From Cyanobacteria bacterium J06626_4 (lineage in GTDB: Bacteria > Cyanobacteriota > Cyanobacteriia > Phormidesmidales > Phormidesmidaceae), in the NCBI GenBank assembly GCA_038523235.1, contig JBCBJQ010000007.1:1-64000 (forward strand): a DNA stretch of 64,000 nucleotides. The letters are read 5' to 3'. Positions within the stretch are counted from its first letter, which is position 1; every line of letters begins with the position of its first letter. Below, in pieces: positions 61,626 to 64,000 of the stretch. Below the pieces are notes generated by a model. It had not been told where the DNA came from. It worked only from the letters and a program-made list of their open reading frames with translations, and ran no database searches. The translations under genes were made by a program, and so were the position numbers.

Positions 61626-63263
61626 CTATACCGGCACAACGGGCCGCTCTGATGCAGGAAAGTACTCTGTAGCGTTATCCAAGTGTTTGAGCAAAGTGGC
61701 TTTGGGCAGCGGCCCTTGAATGTGATCCCAAGGCAGCACCTGATCGGGCTCCCAATTTTCGTGCACATAAAACGCTAGCGGCGGCAATTGTCCCTTCAGC
61801 TCTTTAAACGCACGTTTATAGCTGCCAAGAGAATCGCCAAACTCACGCGCCTGTAGCAGCAGCGGCGTTAGGCGGCGATCGCCCCGCGAAATCAACGCTT
61901 GAATGATCGACCAGTTATAGCTTTCGGGGCGAAAGTCGATGCCTTTGGGACGCAAACGCTTTTGCAGTAGTTTCAATCGCTTTTCGGCCTGGCGATTGAC
62001 GCCATACCACTGAAACGGCGTATGGGCCTTGGGCACAAACGTGCTGCAGCCCAGCGTCAAACGTAGCCCCGGTGCCACCTTTTTGAGTTGCAGCATCAGC
62101 TCAGCAGTGGTTTCCAGATCTTCCGGCACTTCCCCCGGAATGCCCGCCATGCCGTAGAGCTTCAGCGCACTCAATCCACCGGCTTTAGCATTCACGGCAG
62201 CGGCCAGAATGTCGTCGGTTTCGAGCTTTTTATTGACAATTTGGCGTACTCGCTCGGAGCCGCTTTCGATCGCGATCGTGATGGACTTAGTGCCGTGACG
62301 CGTCAGCGTTTCTGTGAGCTTGGGCTTGACCGTATTCGTTCTCACCGAGGCCAAGCTCAGCCGCACGTCATCGAATTGCGGCTGGTTGAGATAGTCGAGC
62401 AGTTCGTCAAAGTCGGGATGCTGCGTGACAGAAGCCCCCAGCAGTCCAAGCCGATTCGTCACGGCCACGCCTTTTTCCACTGCAGGGATCAGGCCTCCGG
62501 CCACAGGCGCAGTGCGAAATGGCAGGGTGAGATAGCTGGCCAGGCAAAAGCGACACATCTCTGGGCAGCTGCGCACGACCTCCACCATGTAGATGTTTTC
62601 CCAAGCCGCCTTTGCCGTCACGACGGAGGAAGCTGACAGGGTGTTGCCGCGATAGGTTTGCTTTTGCAGCACAGCAGGAATATCAGCAGCAATGGGCGAG
62701 ACTGCGATCAGGGGGCCGGTGGCGCTGGCATAGGTGGGCTCATAGAGTGAGGGCACATAAATGCCCGGCACTTGCGCCAGCTGTTTGAGTTGAGTGGCGC
62801 GATCGCAATCTCGCACCGTTTGATAGGCATCAATAAAGGCATCCAGCACTACCTCGCCATCGCCCAATAGCAGCACGTCAAAAAATGCCGCAAATGGTTC
62901 CGGGTTGGCCGTCAACACCGGCCCGCCGCCAAACACTAGCGGATGCTCATTGCTGCGATCGGTCGATTCAATGGGAATCTGCAACGATTCCAACATCGAC
63001 AAAATGTTGGCATAGTCGAGTTCCCACGACATCGAGAAGCCCAGCAGTTCAATAGGGCTCGGCAAAGATTCGTGGATATCGGTAAACCAGCGTGAGACCG
63101 CTAGATCAGAACGTTGTGCCAGCATCGCCCAAATGATCTGATAGCCCAAGCTGGTGATGCCCACGCTGTACTCATTCGGAAAGGCAAACACCACCGAGGT
63201 CGCCGTGCTGCTCGGGGTGGCGGGGGTGAATAGTAATCGTTCGGCATGAAAGGGCGCAGTCAA
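61626..63263 (-). CDS. B12-binding-domain radical SAM protein
   Basis: CPEMCRFC motif, GGPVLTANPEP, FVPKAHTPFQW; TTG start at 63263 assumed (the ORF is open to 63314). Confidence 0.9.
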   Translation of the reverse strand: MTAPFHAERLLFTPATPSSTATSVVFAFPNEYSVGITSLGYQIIWAMLAQRSDLAVSRWFTDIHESLPSPIELLGFSMSWELDYANILSMLESLQIPIESTDRSNEHPLVFGGGPVLTANPEPFAAFFDVLLLGDGEVVLDAFIDAYQTVRDCDRATQLKQLAQVPGIYVPSLYEPTYASATGPLIAVSPIAADIPAVLQKQTYRGNTLSASSVVTAKAAWENIYMVEVVRSCPEMCRFCLASYLTLPFRTAPVAGGLIPAVEKGVAVTNRLGLLGASVTQHPDFDELLDYLNQPQFDDVRLSLASVRTNTVKPKLTETLTRHGTKSITIAIESGSERVRQIVNKKLETDDILAAAVNAKAGGLSALKLYGMAGIPGEVPEDLETTAELMLQLKKVAPGLRLTLGCSTFVPKAHTPFQWYGVNRQAEKRLKLLQKRLRPKGIDFRPESYNWSIIQALISRGDRRLTPLLLQAREFGDSLGSYKRAFKELKGQLPPLAFYVHENWEPDQVLPWDHIQGPLPKATLLKHLDNATEYFPASERPVVPV

Positions 63264-63705
63264 GGACGAGTATCTCCGTATTGGCAGGATGTCAGGGAAA
63301 TTGGCGTAAGGCACAGTCCTTTACAGCCTAGACCAATCTTCGGGAATCACGGAAAAACTGAGGGCGCTCATCGACCCGGTATTTGCCCCACCGGCCGACA
63401 CGGTGAATTGCTGTCAATCACGACACCTACGCTGATGCGATGAAACAGCGACGAAGCCGAACTGCGGCCCTCAGCCCGGCTGATTTGCGGACTTTACGGC
63501 TAACGGCTAACTTCTAGCTCTGGTCAAATGCACGGTTCCACTTCATTGGTGCTTTAACTAACATGACAAGGTATATACGTATCTGTCTCTGAACGGGTTT
63601 ACAGCGTCCGCACTGACTTCAGAGCCGGTGAATTTCACGTTTTTTCATACTTTATCAATACTTCAGGACTCTCTTGAGCGTGTCTGAAAAGGTAATCCTC
63701 AACTT

Positions 63706-64000
63706 ATGCAGCAGACCCCTAACAACGTGGTCGAACGACTACTTTTAGAAAAAACTGTGGTCGCGTCTCGCGACGAACTCATTCGGCAATCGCTCACTGC
63801 AGAGCAGCACAAGTGCCTCTCTGCCGAGGCGCGTCAGTGGCTTAAGCAAGGCGCGGCCCAGCAGCGCCAGGGCAATATGATGGCGGCCTTTGCCGACTTT
63901 CAAAAAGCCCTGCAGGCGTTTCAGACGTTGGCGCAGGTACGCTCTGAAGCCAAGGTGCTATCGGTAATGGCGCACCTCTGCTATAGCCTGGCAGATTATC
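63706..64000 (+). CDS. TPR-containing protein, 5' part (runs off the window)
   Basis: Open frame from ATG 63706: ..QGAAQQRQGNMMAAFADFQKALQAFQ..EAKVLSVMAHLCYSLADY. Confidence 0.7.
   Translation, partial: MQQTPNNVVERLLLEKTVVASRDELIRQSLTAEQHKCLSAEARQWLKQGAAQQRQGNMMAAFADFQKALQAFQTLAQVRSEAKVLSVMAHLCYSLADY

Overview
Cyanobacterial chromosome segment, judged from frequent HIP1 GCGATCGC octamers, cpcBA-EF, petH with a CpcD-like extension, prk and gvpK/F; the gene content suggests a filamentous Leptolyngbya-like organism (inference). Housekeeping genes (prk, petH, hom, prmC, argG, queD, rlmH, menD, nblB, cpcBAEF, xfp-pgi-glgP) are mixed with accessory modules. Highlights: (1) an iron-starvation operon with an intact promoter and Fur-like boxes, in which isiA and isiB are both reduced to fused N- and C-terminal stubs while the isiE-like, isiC-like and Crp-family genes stay intact; (2) an HTH-LRR-Roc-COR-TIR protein with shuffled, near-identical LRR units; (3) a transporter-less sugar-binding lipoprotein translationally coupled to a HAMP-PAS-GGDEF-EAL protein; (4) a TpsB-TpsA-CHAT protease locus; (5) a glutamine riboswitch plus an NtcA box in front of a DUF4278 gene; (6) a family of 120-bp MITE-like elements with a conserved shell and different palindromic interiors. 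No rRNA, tRNA or CRISPR array was seen. All family calls come from motif recognition by eye; no database searches were run.
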